A stretch of 64,000 nt of DNA. Source: an uncultured Candidatus Saccharibacteria bacterium (GTDB lineage: Bacteria > Patescibacteriota > Minisyncoccia > UBA6257 > JACOXY01). Both the position numbers and the translations under genes were made by a program. The notes under the pieces are model-generated. The model was given only the letters and a program-made list of their open reading frames with translations, made no database searches and was not told the origin of the DNA. Shown here piece after piece: positions 9,901-20,517 of the stretch (the first letter of the stretch is position 1; each line of letters begins with the position of its first letter). The stretch lies in the NCBI GenBank assembly GCA_964357615.1, contig CAYHMC010000002.1, positions 71,481 through 135,480 of the forward strand. Reading direction: 5' to 3'.

Positions 9901-10835
9901 TTTAGTAAATTAATAACTTTATCTTCGTTAATATTAAATTCGTCAGATGTTGGATAAAGCCAATCATTGCCAAGCTCTCGTTTTATAACTATTTTTTTAA
10001 TAATTTGTTCTCCACAAACCTCTGCAAGCAAAGAATCTGCTGGAATATGACTGCTTTTGCTATCGTCTACGACAATTATTTTCTTAGTTTGTTTTACGCT
10101 TTTAACAATCGGTTCCCAGTTTACCGCCAATGCTGAATTTACATTGAAGTGAGTTGGTTCAATGCCTGCTTTTTTTAAAGCATCACACAATTTTGCGGTC
10201 TGCTTAAACGAATAATTAAAAGATACAATGGTTACATCATCTCCTTCAGAATATAAGAACATTCCGCCATTTCCAAAATTAGATATTGGATTACTGACTG
10301 GCAAAACTTCCTCTTTGCTTAATTTTTGACTCAATCCAATAATTCTAAATCCAGGCTTAGTAAGATATTCTTTGAGTAGGTAATCTGCATCAAAACCATT
10401 CGTAACGGCAAATCCTGGTACTTTCGCTATTGAACAAAAATCAGAAAAATTATTAAGACTTGATTGTGGGCCTTCATAACCACTATCAACAACAATTGCT
10501 ACAATTGTAAATGACCCATTTTTTGACTCATGCTTAATACTCCTAAGTATATTATAAGTATTCACTAAATGATCTATCCCTAAAAGCAAAAAATCCATCT
10601 GCTTCATAAAGAAAATTGCCTTAGCGCCATTTAACATTAGACCAAAACCAAACCCAACTAAACTATTTTCAGTGTTTGTTGAATTAATAATTTTACTACC
10701 TTCTTCTACTTTCATTCCCCTAGTAATTCCACCCAAACAAGAACCAGCGTTGATGTTTTGTCCATAAAGAACGATGTTGGCCGGTTTTTTAACCTCATCC
10801 TTTATTAAATTATTAAGATATTCAGCGTATTTCAT
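9897..10835 (-). CDS. TPP-dependent enzyme, E1 beta/transketolase C-terminal-like subunit
   Basis: VLYGQNI, NTENSLVGFGFG, GDDVTIVS, SVKQTKKIIVVD. Confidence 0.75.
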   Translation of the reverse strand: MKYAEYLNNLIKDEVKKPANIVLYGQNINAGSCLGGITRGMKVEEGSKIINSTNTENSLVGFGFGLMLNGAKAIFFMKQMDFLLLGIDHLVNTYNILRSIKHESKNGSFTIVAIVVDSGYEGPQSSLNNFSDFCSIAKVPGFAVTNGFDADYLLKEYLTKPGFRIIGLSQKLSKEEVLPVSNPISNFGNGGMFLYSEGDDVTIVSFNYSFKQTAKLCDALKKAGIEPTHFNVNSALAVNWEPIVKSVKQTKKIIVVDDSKSSHIPADSLLAEVCGEQIIKKIVIKRELGNDWLYPTSDEFNINEDKVINLLK

Positions 10836-11742
10836 TTTTTAATTCATTAAGTACTGTTTTTGATAATTCCAGGTACTCCTTTTTATCCATTGTTTTAGAT
10901 ATGACAAACAATGGATCTTCGTCGCTTTCTTTAATTATCCCACCAACAGGCAGAAGATTCACCAAATCAATTGTTCTTGCCAACCCTGCGTGATAATTAA
11001 TATAGCGACCATCTTCTGCCTTCCAATCACCTAAAGTCTTTACGCTTATCTCGGCACAGATTGGGCCCATATTTTCCAAAGAACTCTTTCTTAATTCACT
11101 AATTACCTCAATATAATCACTAACAGAATTACCTTGAATTTTTAAATATGGAACTTCCAAAGAACCACAAAGTTTTTCTAAATTAATTTCATGACGCCTT
11201 TCAGAAATATGTGTTCCAAGTGACCATTCGTTGTTTTCAATTAGAAAAACTAAACTTGTGCCCCACGACTTTGCATTTAGAATATTTTCATAAAAACTTC
11301 CCTCTTCAATTGAGCCGTCACCACCAAATACAAAAGTTACTAATGATTCAGATCTTAGTTTGTGAGCCATGGCGATACCTTGGGCAACTGAAAAATTATT
11401 ACCCAAAATACTAGAAGAATAAATAATTCCTTTAGCAGGATTTATAAGATTCATAGAGCCAAGCCTCCCACCCATAATACCGTCTGATTTAAGCAGATAT
11501 TCGTCTAATATTGGCCTTAATTTACCACATTGCATTAAGTTAAATTCAATATTTCTATGCGATAAAACTAACTTATCACCATCTTTTAAAACACGGTTTA
11601 TTGCAACCGCGATAGCTTCATGTCCCAGCGCCAAATGAATTGGAATTTTGAATTTACCAGCCTTTCCTTCTTCATTAATTAAAATTTGGCTAAAACGCAA
11701 AAAAAGTAAATCTTTGACTATTTGTTCATTCGTATTACTCAT
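10822..11742 (-). CDS. TPP-dependent enzyme, E1 alpha-like subunit
   Basis: HLALGHEA, SHR and GDG...ENN TPP-binding motif; start moved to the ATG of MSNTNEQ. Confidence 0.8.
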   Translation of the reverse strand: MSNTNEQIVKDLLFLRFSQILINEEGKAGKFKIPIHLALGHEAIAVAINRVLKDGDKLVLSHRNIEFNLMQCGKLRPILDEYLLKSDGIMGGRLGSMNLINPAKGIIYSSSILGNNFSVAQGIAMAHKLRSESLVTFVFGGDGSIEEGSFYENILNAKSWGTSLVFLIENNEWSLGTHISERRHEINLEKLCGSLEVPYLKIQGNSVSDYIEVISELRKSSLENMGPICAEISVKTLGDWKAEDGRYINYHAGLARTIDLVNLLPVGGIIKESDEDPLFVISKTMDKKEYLELSKTVLNELKNEIR

Positions 11743-11825
11743 TTTAATTATTGTACTCTGTTGATTTATTTTGTCCATCAAACAAAATGTAATTTGATAT
11801 TTCAAATATTTTATTTTGTGGTATT

Positions 11826-12317
11826 ATGAAAATTATGGAAATTCCAAAACTAGAACAAAGCGAACTTAATAATCTTCTAAATTTAGCCACCAATTCCGAG
11901 AGACGTCGCGCTCCAAAAATACTTCATAAACCAGGTGCCTCCTTTAATGAAGTCATAAATATTGTTATGCGTGATTCTTATATGCAACCCCACAATCATC
12001 CGAGCAATGAAAAAATTGAAAAAATATATATTATACAAGGCAAGATGGCTGTAGTTTTTTTTGATAAAAACGGCACAATGAACAAATCTATAATCCTAGA
12101 AAGTGGGGTCAGAGACCTCATAGAAATCCCGGCCTTTAGCTGGCATACATATGTAGCACTCACAGATTATACAGTTTCATACGAAACTATGGATGGAATA
12201 TATGATCCCAAAACTTGGAAAGAATTTGCTCTTTGGGCCCCAAAAGAAGGTACGCAGGAAGCGATTGAATATTTGGCCAACATCAAAAAAGAGGCAGTAA
12301 GCCTCTCAATTTTGTAA
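11826..12317 (+). CDS. WbuC family cupin-fold metalloprotein
   Basis: SERRR...LH, SYMQPHNH, WHT, FALWAPKE. Confidence 0.85.
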   Translation: MKIMEIPKLEQSELNNLLNLATNSERRRAPKILHKPGASFNEVINIVMRDSYMQPHNHPSNEKIEKIYIIQGKMAVVFFDKNGTMNKSIILESGVRDLIEIPAFSWHTYVALTDYTVSYETMDGIYDPKTWKEFALWAPKEGTQEAIEYLANIKKEAVSLSIL

Positions 12318-12320
12318 TTT

Positions 12321-13409
12321 CTATACCTCGTTAGATTTTATCCAGCGGAACTCATCTGATAAAAATTTATTTTCATAAAGATATTCCATTTGTTGAAGTC
12401 TATAAAAATTTCTATTTTTAAACATATTAGATGTTAGTGAAATTTTATTAAATACTTCAATCATTTCCCTCACCCCGGAAGTGACAGACCACTTACACTC
12501 AAATCCTGGAAAAACTTTTTTAATTTTTTCAAACGACACTTTGTAATTTCTTGTATCAGCCCCACCCCCCTTCACCTTACGGTCTGCCACCAATCCCGAA
12601 TCATCCAATTCTGGATTTTCTTTTAAAAACTTAATTTCGCATCCTGTATTGTATTCTTGAATAATTTTTGCGATTTCTATTACTTGAAGATTATTTTTAT
12701 CATCCCCAACATTTAAAATTAACAACTCCCCATCACTATAATCCAAATCAATAGAACGCTTAATTGCTTCGCAAAAATCTAGAACATGTATATTTGGTCT
12801 CCACGCAGTTCCGTCAGAATTTAATATGATTCTATTTTCTGTAAATGCCATGCCAGTAAGCATATTTATTACGATATCAAATCTTATTCTAGGCGAAGAA
12901 CCAAAAGCAGTAGCAAAACGAAGCGCGATAGGAGAAAAATTTTTATCACTAATAGACTTAAGATCTTCCTCAATTTGCAGTTTATTTATTGAATATCCTG
13001 TTTGTGGGTTAGTAGGTGAAGTTTCTGCTAAGTATTCATCTGATCCAATGCCGTAAACGGAACAACTGGATGCAAAAATAAATCTCACACCTTTTTCTTT
13101 GCATTTTTTTGCAAGCATTAAACTATATAACCTGACTGGATCATAAACCTTACTATTATCCATTTTCTTTAGTGGATCATTTGAAATTCCTGACAAATGA
13201 ACAACCACATCAATTCCAGATAAATCATCATCAGTTATATCTCGCACATCTTTCCATATGATTTTTTTAGATTGTGGCTCGTTATACAAAAAACAATCTT
13301 TAAAAAAACCAGTATCGTAACCGATGCATTCAAAACCACAATTTTCTAAGTATGGAACCAAAACAGTTCCTATGTAACCACTGGAACCAGTTACTAAAAT
13401 TTTTTTCAT
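12321..13409 (-). CDS. NAD-dependent sugar epimerase/dehydratase (extended SDR)
   Basis: TGSSGYIG, SNDP, SSCSVYG, YSINK, LRFATAFG. Confidence 0.9.
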   Translation of the reverse strand: MKKILVTGSSGYIGTVLVPYLENCGFECIGYDTGFFKDCFLYNEPQSKKIIWKDVRDITDDDLSGIDVVVHLSGISNDPLKKMDNSKVYDPVRLYSLMLAKKCKEKGVRFIFASSCSVYGIGSDEYLAETSPTNPQTGYSINKLQIEEDLKSISDKNFSPIALRFATAFGSSPRIRFDIVINMLTGMAFTENRIILNSDGTAWRPNIHVLDFCEAIKRSIDLDYSDGELLILNVGDDKNNLQVIEIAKIIQEYNTGCEIKFLKENPELDDSGLVADRKVKGGGADTRNYKVSFEKIKKVFPGFECKWSVTSGVREMIEVFNKISLTSNMFKNRNFYRLQQMEYLYENKFLSDEFRWIKSNEV

Positions 13410-13419
13410 TTTAAAATTA

Positions 13420-14298
13420 TTAATCTATTCGAAGCGCGCTTATAAAACCAGTTTCTAAATTTTGAAAATCCTTAGCTCTTCCAACATCTAGATGCGGAGA
13501 ACCAGCCTCAATTGATACAGAAAATCCAGATTCTTTTAGCTTATTCTCAATTTCAGTAAAACCATAGTGATATTCAGCGACAATTCTTTTAAATTTTCTA
13601 AGTGCCTGTTTTGTTGTATTTAAAATTATATCTTTTTCATATCCCTCACAATCCAACTTCAAAATTCCATCGCTTATTCCATTTTTTTCTACAAAATTTT
13701 CTAAAGTAAACACGGGAGTTTCCTTAAGATCTTCCCAATGTTTTTCCCAAAATATTTTCTTAGCATTTTTATCTTCAAGAAAGCTTCCAGTCCAACCACC
13801 CAGAGCGCCAAAAACCGGAATGCATTTATCAGTTAAATTATTTAGCTTAAAATTATTTTCCATCAATTTATACATAGAAGAAACTGGCTCAACTCCATAA
13901 ACTTTTTTGGCACCATTTAAGGCAAAATATATGGCTGTTTCTCCGAACGATGCACCAACATCAACAACGGTGCTATCTTTGAGTTCTTCTTTAGTCAAAT
14001 AATTTGAATAAACTTCTCTTAGAAAAATCTCTCCAACCATATTTGGTTTCCATTCTCCAAAATCAATTTTTAATTCACTATTTTTATATGGAAACTTTAA
14101 TACGGTTCCCGCTACCTTTGCATCTGGATATTCTCTAAATATATTTACATAATCCATAAACAAATCTCTATTATCAAACTTTAATACTAACCCGGACTTA
14201 AAATATGCAGTTCCGCTATTTTTAAATAAAAGTGTAGGCCAATTTTTTGTAGTAACCACAACTCTAAGTAATGATTTTATTTTATTTTTTATTTTCAT
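13420..14298 (-). CDS. FkbM family methyltransferase
   Basis: DVGASFG, GVEP, KLDCEGYE. Confidence 0.85.
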   Translation of the reverse strand: MKIKNKIKSLLRVVVTTKNWPTLLFKNSGTAYFKSGLVLKFDNRDLFMDYVNIFREYPDAKVAGTVLKFPYKNSELKIDFGEWKPNMVGEIFLREVYSNYLTKEELKDSTVVDVGASFGETAIYFALNGAKKVYGVEPVSSMYKLMENNFKLNNLTDKCIPVFGALGGWTGSFLEDKNAKKIFWEKHWEDLKETPVFTLENFVEKNGISDGILKLDCEGYEKDIILNTTKQALRKFKRIVAEYHYGFTEIENKLKESGFSVSIEAGSPHLDVGRAKDFQNLETGFISALRID

Positions 14299-15187
14299 TT
14301 TTAAAATTTTTAATTGTTCTATCTACGCCTTGCTCAATTGAAAACTTGGGCTTCCATCCGACATCTTTCTTTATTTTAAGAATATTAGCATAAAATCCAG
14401 TAATTTTAGGGGGCTCTTTCATCCTTTTCGACATACCGAATTCCTTTGCTACAATATTATTTATCTTTGCAACGCTTGTAAGATATCCAGCCCCTATATT
14501 ATACACTTCCTTCTGTTTTTTGCATCTTAAAAGAAGGGCGTTAATTGCAGAGACAACATCATCAACATATATAAAATCATTACCACCTTTTTTATTTTTA
14601 ATAATTGGTAGAGATTTTTTATTATATTGAGAAATCAAAAACGGAATTAGGGAAGCTGATTTTTGTCTGGGACCATATACAAAAAATAAAATTGCCCATA
14701 TAAACTGAATGCCAAATTCATCGGATATTCTCTCTCCAGTCAATTTTATTTGATTCTTTGCTTCAACAAAAGATACAACTGGCTGATGTGGTGGTTTACG
14801 ACTATCACTTTCTTTAACTGCGCCCGAAGCATCACCATATTCCCAAGCACTACCTACGCTTATAATTTTTTTGCATCCCACTTTTGCACTTAATTCAAAA
14901 AGTTTTTTGCTATAAGTAAAATTTCTTTTACTCATCGATATTCCATAATCTGGAATTCCTTCCCAAGCAAGATGTATTACTGCTTCGGGCTTAAATTCAC
15001 TCAATTCATTTCCCCAGCTACTTATTTCTTTTAAGTTTCCTTTTAGATAAGTTATTTTTTTGCTGTGTTTGGTTTTATAAGAATCTGGGTTATTCGATAA
15101 TAAAAGTAAATTATGTTTGCCAGAAACAAGTTTAGAAACCAAATGCCTGCCAATAAAACCAGAACCACCAGTTATAAATATTCTCAT
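14282..15187 (-). CDS. NAD-dependent epimerase/reductase (paratose/abequose synthase-like SDR)
   Basis: TGGSGFIG, HLAW, GSAWEYG, VYGP; the catalytic YxxxK reads FVEAK. Confidence 0.8.
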   Translation of the reverse strand: MRIFITGGSGFIGRHLVSKLVSGKHNLLLLSNNPDSYKTKHSKKITYLKGNLKEISSWGNELSEFKPEAVIHLAWEGIPDYGISMSKRNFTYSKKLFELSAKVGCKKIISVGSAWEYGDASGAVKESDSRKPPHQPVVSFVEAKNQIKLTGERISDEFGIQFIWAILFFVYGPRQKSASLIPFLISQYNKKSLPIIKNKKGGNDFIYVDDVVSAINALLLRCKKQKEVYNIGAGYLTSVAKINNIVAKEFGMSKRMKEPPKITGFYANILKIKKDVGWKPKFSIEQGVDRTIKNFKNENKK

Positions 15188-15323
15188 AATTACTTATGTT
15201 AAACAATAATGGAATGCGTTAGTAAGTCAAAATTATATCAAAATTTTATAGTCCTTCAAGCGCATTATTTATATTTCAATTACTTTAAAAATTGTTTTGT
15301 TCTTTTTTATATCATTATTTGTA

Positions 15324-15352
15324 TTGACATTTATATAATTTAGTTGTATTAT
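15324..15352 (+). promoter_or_regulatory. sigma70-type promoter
   Basis: TTGACA-17bp-TATTAT, with an AAGGAG SD before 15387. Confidence 0.6.
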
Positions 15353-15386
15353 TCGGAAAGTTTCGGAACCAGAAAAGGAGTGTTCA

Positions 15387-15881
15387 ATGGCAGTTTATTA
15401 CATTCTGGTTGGCTCACTGGGTGCAGGCAAATCTACGATTCGTAAACAATTTGATTTCTGCAAAATAGTCTGTCCGGATGATTATAGGGACGAATGTAGA
15501 GTTGATGTCAAAACTGCATACGATATGGCAAGAAAAGAAATTCCTAAGCTACTTCAAGCTGGCAATGATGTATTGCTGGATGCCACCAATGCTTATCCAG
15601 AAAAAAGGATTGGGATGATTAATATTGGAAAACCATTCGCATCAGAAGTAATTTGCATTTGGATGGATACGCCCAAAGAACTATGCTTAGCGCGCCACGA
15701 AGAAAGACTTGCTCGCATGATAGCAAACAAAGAAGACATTCACCGTTACGAGAATCAAGCTAAGCCAATAGCAGATATAATTGTGGATTATTGTGATGCC
15801 CTTCGTGATCATCCACCAAATTTACTCGAGGGATTTAATCAAATTATCCGAATTAAACCATCTGAGATACAAGAGCTCTAA
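15387..15881 (+). CDS. AAA_33/polynucleotide-kinase-like P-loop protein
   Basis: GSLGAGKST, CPDDYR, LDATN, C-terminal P...EGF. Confidence 0.8.
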   Translation: MAVYYILVGSLGAGKSTIRKQFDFCKIVCPDDYRDECRVDVKTAYDMARKEIPKLLQAGNDVLLDATNAYPEKRIGMINIGKPFASEVICIWMDTPKELCLARHEERLARMIANKEDIHRYENQAKPIADIIVDYCDALRDHPPNLLEGFNQIIRIKPSEIQEL

Positions 15882-15891
15882 ACTAATTATG

Positions 15892-16488
15892 TTAAAGCTC
15901 TTTTTTATTTATTTTTTTTACAATCTTGGCCGCTTCTTTTAAATTTTTTGAAGTAAAATCTGGCTTAATATTCCCATACATTTTATCAAGTCTAGGATGT
16001 CCGGGACCAGTTTTAACTTGTATAGTTTTAACCTTTGCGTTTTGCCCAGCCAAAACATCTATGATTGCATCACCAATCATAAAACTTTTCTTAGGGTCAA
16101 TGTTAAATTCGCTTATAGCTTTTAAAATTAGACCCGGGTTTGGTTTTCGGCAATTACACTTAATATTGTATGGGGGGATTTTCCCATCTGGATGATGCGG
16201 GCAAAAATATACCCCATCGATATCAGCTTTTTTTCTCTTTAATCGCTCAATTAAATTACTATGCAAATTTTCCATTTCCTTAGGCGTTATCAAACCACGA
16301 GAAATAACGGCTTGATTTGTAATTATAACTACCATAAATCCTAATTCGTTGAATATTTTAATAGCTTCTACAACATGAGGCAAAATAAATAACTGCCTAG
16401 GTCTCACAATAAAATTATCGGTGTGTCTCGTAATTGTTCCATCTCGATCTAAAAATATTGCTTTCTTTTTTGTATTGGATTTAAGCAC
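15892..16488 (-). CDS. gmhB: D-glycero-D-manno-heptose 1,7-bisphosphate phosphatase
   Basis: FLDRDGT, TNQ, CPHHP, CNCRKP, MIGD. Confidence 0.9.
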   Translation of the reverse strand: MLKSNTKKKAIFLDRDGTITRHTDNFIVRPRQLFILPHVVEAIKIFNELGFMVVIITNQAVISRGLITPKEMENLHSNLIERLKRKKADIDGVYFCPHHPDGKIPPYNIKCNCRKPNPGLILKAISEFNIDPKKSFMIGDAIIDVLAGQNAKVKTIQVKTGPGHPRLDKMYGNIKPDFTSKNLKEAAKIVKKINKKEL

Positions 16489-16494
16489 AACTTT

Positions 16495-17208
16495 TTATTT
16501 TAATAAATTTATTGATGAAAAATACTTAGCAACAACCGAAATCTTATCGGGAGTAGTTATACTGTAATATCTTTCGCTAGTTAAGTATCCAGATAGTTGC
16601 TTCATCTCTATTAGTTTGGGCAAAATATTTGCTTCGAAAGAAAAATTTTCTTCTGGCATAATATCTAAAACTTTTTTATCTAAAATATAAAAACCAATTT
16701 CAACTCCGTTTACCCTAGAATCAGTTCGGCTCTTATCATAAATTTTAACTAAGCCAGACTCATCTACGAGAGTATTATTTTTAGTAACTCCATCTTTGTT
16801 TTCGTAAACAGTTATTGAGGCTAAAGTATTGTGTCTCGCGTAAAATTCACAAATTTTTTCCAAATTAAGTGGCCAATAATTATCAGAATATAAAAGTAAA
16901 AATTTTTCATTCAACAATTTTTTTACTTTTCGAATTCTAGTGCCAGTTTCGTCGTCAATAGAAGTAATTGAATATTTTATTCTAAGTCCATATTTTTCAC
17001 CATTTCCAAAATAATCTACAATTTTATCTGGCATATATCCCAGAAGCATAATAATTTCCTCTATACCGTTTTTTTTAAGCTCGCCAACTAAATATTCTAA
17101 AAAAGGTTTGCTGTTAACTTCCACCATTGGCTTGGGTCTATCTTTAGTAAGAGGCATTAAACGACCTCCTCTCCCGCCAGCAAGTATAACTGCTTGTTTA
17201 ATAACCAT
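16495..17208 (-). CDS. Sugar-phosphate nucleotidyltransferase (HddC-like guanylyltransferase)
   Basis: ILAGGRGGRL..LT...PKPM; flanked by heptose pathway genes. Confidence 0.8.
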   Translation of the reverse strand: MVIKQAVILAGGRGGRLMPLTKDRPKPMVEVNSKPFLEYLVGELKKNGIEEIIMLLGYMPDKIVDYFGNGEKYGLRIKYSITSIDDETGTRIRKVKKLLNEKFLLLYSDNYWPLNLEKICEFYARHNTLASITVYENKDGVTKNNTLVDESGLVKIYDKSRTDSRVNGVEIGFYILDKKVLDIMPEENFSFEANILPKLIEMKQLSGYLTSERYYSITTPDKISVVAKYFSSINLLK

Positions 17209-17232
17209 GGGTCATTTTAATTCTCTTCTTAA

Positions 17233-18261
17233 TTAATTCCACACTAAGTTTGAATTCAATTTTTTTGAATCAACCAAGAACTTAATTTGCTGTAATCTGT
17301 TGCAAGTTCTATTTCTAAACTGATCTTCTGTGAAATTTACTTTCTTGAATAACTCTACAAGTTCAATGCCTCCTTTATCTAAATTCCACTCTGGCTTATA
17401 GTAATCCTTTAAAACTGTTAATATTTTATTAAAAGATACTCTATATGTACGCGGGTCATTATGCTCTCCAGTGAAAACAAGTGTGCTACCACTTACTGCG
17501 CGCTGAGCCGCTTCAGCTAAGTCACGAACCGTATAATTTCCATTTGGTATTCCAACATTAAAAGATTCTCCACTTACTAATTCAATTGGAGCCTCTATGG
17601 CCGCGACAAATGCATTAGAAACATCAAGTACATGCACAACTGGCCTCCAGGGCGTGCCATCACTTTTAATTTCGATTTTCCCTGTCGTATAGGCCGATGC
17701 AACTAAGTTATTAAAAACAATATCACATCTAAGTCTAGGACTTGCTCCAAAAACTGTAGATGGACGCAAACAAACAACAGTAAATTTATCTGAATTCATT
17801 TTCTTTAACTCAACTTCGGCGCTCCATTTTGTTTTTGCATATTCAGTAACACCAAATGGACCTGCCTTATCTTCGGTCAGTTCCTCACTTGTATCTGCCA
17901 CTCCATACATGCTCTGCGATGAAGAATATATAAATCTTTTAATACCAGCTTCTTTAGCAAGCTTGGCAAGATTAACAGTTGCTTTGTAATTTATCTCATT
18001 TGTTAGATTAGCATCAAATTCCCCCAATGGATCATTCGAAAGCGCCGCCAAATGAATAATTGCGTCGAAACCTTCTAGTTGTTTTTTATTAACATTTCTA
18101 ATATCCCAAAAAATCTGCTCATTTGGCAAAATAGCTTCAAGCACTAAATTGTCTGCATAATAACCAGTGTCAAAACCACGCACAAAATATCCCTTCTTTT
18201 TAAGAATATCTGTGAGGACCGAACCAATATATCCAAGATTTCCAGTAAGTAATATTTTCAT
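17233..18261 (-). CDS. NAD-dependent sugar epimerase/dehydratase, paralogue of 12321..13409
   Basis: TGNLGYIG, SNDP, YAKTK, SDGTPWRP. Confidence 0.9.
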   Translation of the reverse strand: MKILLTGNLGYIGSVLTDILKKKGYFVRGFDTGYYADNLVLEAILPNEQIFWDIRNVNKKQLEGFDAIIHLAALSNDPLGEFDANLTNEINYKATVNLAKLAKEAGIKRFIYSSSQSMYGVADTSEELTEDKAGPFGVTEYAKTKWSAEVELKKMNSDKFTVVCLRPSTVFGASPRLRCDIVFNNLVASAYTTGKIEIKSDGTPWRPVVHVLDVSNAFVAAIEAPIELVSGESFNVGIPNGNYTVRDLAEAAQRAVSGSTLVFTGEHNDPRTYRVSFNKILTVLKDYYKPEWNLDKGGIELVELFKKVNFTEDQFRNRTCNRLQQIKFLVDSKKLNSNLVWN

Positions 18262-18267
18262 TTAAAA

Positions 18268-18870
18268 TTAACTAACAATTTTCTCTTCAAGATAATCAAA
18301 ATGATCTTGAAAATATTTTGTCATTAAGTGAAGTATCGTTCCGTGAACACTTTCCACAATTTCATATTCTCCTTTTTCTGTTTGGACAATTATTTTAGCG
18401 TCAGCGAGCGTATTTAATTTACCACCATCAAATCCAGACAACCCAATCACGGGTATGTGATTTAATTTTGCTAATTCAACAGCCTTAATTATATTGGGTG
18501 AATTGCCAGAACTTGATATTGCGATAATTGTATCATTGTCTTGAAGATAGTTTTTTAGAGGGCCTGCAAAAACCATATCATACCCGCTATCATTAGCCCA
18601 AGCAGTAAGTTCTGATTCAGTAGATGGGAGACGAATAGCTTGAAATCTTCTTCTGTTTTTATCAAGATGGTGACTAAAGACAGTTTTATTAAAGTCGCTT
18701 ACCCAGTGAGTAGCAAGCGCAAGCGAGCCACCATTGCCAAATATATATATCTTTCCGTCGCGCTCATAGGTTGCCTGCAAAATAGACAATGCCTTCGCAA
18801 TTTCATTTTTGGGTAAATTATTTAACGCCAAAGAAACTTTATTTGAAAAATTTTGAATATATTCTTCCAT
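18268..18870 (-). CDS. gmhA: Sedoheptulose-7-phosphate isomerase (SIS domain)
   Basis: GNGGS, TAWAND, ISSSGNSPN, E..H. Confidence 0.85.
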   Translation of the reverse strand: MEEYIQNFSNKVSLALNNLPKNEIAKALSILQATYERDGKIYIFGNGGSLALATHWVSDFNKTVFSHHLDKNRRRFQAIRLPSTESELTAWANDSGYDMVFAGPLKNYLQDNDTIIAISSSGNSPNIIKAVELAKLNHIPVIGLSGFDGGKLNTLADAKIIVQTEKGEYEIVESVHGTILHLMTKYFQDHFDYLEEKIVS

Positions 18871-18872
18871 TT

Positions 18873-19892
18873 TTAAGATTGTCGAATATTAGAATCTTGA
18901 TTCATTAAAACTTCTACGCCCGACTGCACAAATTTAATCGGTATAAGTGTAAAATCATTAAGTTTATTTTTTACCGCCACTTCCTGCAGTTTAATTCTTA
19001 TGTTATTTTTGTTTTCTGGAGAAGCAATAAAAAGCAAACAACCACCCCCACCAGCACCAAGCACCTTCCCGCCCCAAGCCCCAGCACTAATACCAGCACT
19101 ATATAATTCATCGATTACGGGATTTGAAACATTTGATGCAAGTGTTTTTTTAGTCAACCACCCATCATGAAGAATTTCTCCTAATCGTTTAAAATTACCT
19201 TTTAAAAGCTGTTCTCTAAATTCAAAAACTGATTCTGCCATTTTTTTAAGCTCATCTTGTTTTTTTACAATATTACTTTTTTGCTCAGTTAAAACCGAAG
19301 AGGCAAGCCTAGTTACCCCCGTAAAGAAAACACTGATGTGACTCTCTAAGTCTGACATTTTTCTAAAATCCAAATGAACTGGAGTTACATCAACAGTATT
19401 ATCATTATTAAATTGAAATATATTTAAACCCCCAAACGCAGATGCATATTGATCCTGTTTCCCAATTGGTTCTTTTAGAAGATTAATCTCAAGATGCGAT
19501 GCTAACTCTGCAATTTCCCCCCTATTTGCATTTTTTCCCTTAAAAACCAGCAAGGCTTTCATTAGGGCAACCGAAAAACTAGAAGATGAACCTAGTCCTG
19601 TTTTTACTGGAACATCAGAAAATGTTCCAACATCAATTCCACTTAAAATATCCTGATGAATTAACGCCTCTCTAATTCTTCCATTCAATAATTCTTTAGG
19701 GTGATTAACTTGCTCTGTTATGCCATATCTAGCTGAAACATTCCGAACAAGTGGAGGGCGATTTATAGTAACATACACATATTTGTCAATTGCAGCCGAA
19801 ATAACCCTACCAGTATTGTTTTTATAAAAATCAGGAAGATCTGTACCACCACCAACAAAACTAACTCTAAGTGGCGCTCTGACTATAATCAT
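18873..19892 (-). CDS. hddA: D-glycero-alpha-D-manno-heptose-7-phosphate kinase (GHMP family)
   Basis: RAPLRVSFVGGGTD, GLGSSS, GKQDQY, GAGGGG. Confidence 0.85.
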   Translation of the reverse strand: MIIVRAPLRVSFVGGGTDLPDFYKNNTGRVISAAIDKYVYVTINRPPLVRNVSARYGITEQVNHPKELLNGRIREALIHQDILSGIDVGTFSDVPVKTGLGSSSSFSVALMKALLVFKGKNANRGEIAELASHLEINLLKEPIGKQDQYASAFGGLNIFQFNNDNTVDVTPVHLDFRKMSDLESHISVFFTGVTRLASSVLTEQKSNIVKKQDELKKMAESVFEFREQLLKGNFKRLGEILHDGWLTKKTLASNVSNPVIDELYSAGISAGAWGGKVLGAGGGGCLLFIASPENKNNIRIKLQEVAVKNKLNDFTLIPIKFVQSGVEVLMNQDSNIRQS

Positions 19893-19938
19893 AATATAAG
19901 AACTCTACCTAAAAAAAGATGAAAATACAAGATTGACG

Positions 19939-20502
19939 CTATATATTAATAGCTCCTTTTTGCTCGCAAAACTCCTTAAAACTTTTGGCTTTTGAGTCTT
20001 TCTCTGATATGTTTGACGGTATTTTTGTGGGCCAAACAATACCCAAATCAGAATCATTCCAATGAATTGTATCCGAATTTTCCGGAGCATAGTAATTCCC
20101 CATTTTATAATACAAAACACAATTAGTTGTTAGAGTACACATTCCAAGGGCAAATCCCTCTGGAATAAAAACCATTTTGTGATTTTCTTTAGACAACAAA
20201 ACGCTATCCCATTTACCGAAAGTTGCAGAATTTTTCCTTAAATCAACATAAGCAAAAAAAACTTCGCCTTCCATAATTTTTACAAGCTTGGCTTCTGCGT
20301 TTGGTGGATATTGAAAATGCAAACCCCTAATTGTATCTTTTTCTTTGCTAAACGAATAATTTTCTTGAACCCACTCACGATTAAGTCCATTTTCTTTAAA
20401 AATTTTCTCATCATAAACCCGCATAAAAAATCCCCGATTGTCACCTTTGGGTTCGAGCTCTATCTCAAACGCCCCCTTTAGTTTTGACTCTTTAAACTTC
20501 AT
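19939..20502 (-). CDS. rmlC: dTDP-4-dehydrorhamnose 3,5-epimerase family
   Basis: DNRGFF, RGLHFQ, VDLRKNS.TFG, WND. Confidence 0.85.
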   Translation of the reverse strand: MKFKESKLKGAFEIELEPKGDNRGFFMRVYDEKIFKENGLNREWVQENYSFSKEKDTIRGLHFQYPPNAEAKLVKIMEGEVFFAYVDLRKNSATFGKWDSVLLSKENHKMVFIPEGFALGMCTLTTNCVLYYKMGNYYAPENSDTIHWNDSDLGIVWPTKIPSNISEKDSKAKSFKEFCEQKGAINI

Positions 20503-20517
20503 AACAATTTTATGTTA

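Noticed and set aside
9897-11742. Central-metabolism pyruvate dehydrogenase
   Set aside because: No E2 or E3 nearby, divergent motifs, and the beta gene overlaps a sugar-cluster gene
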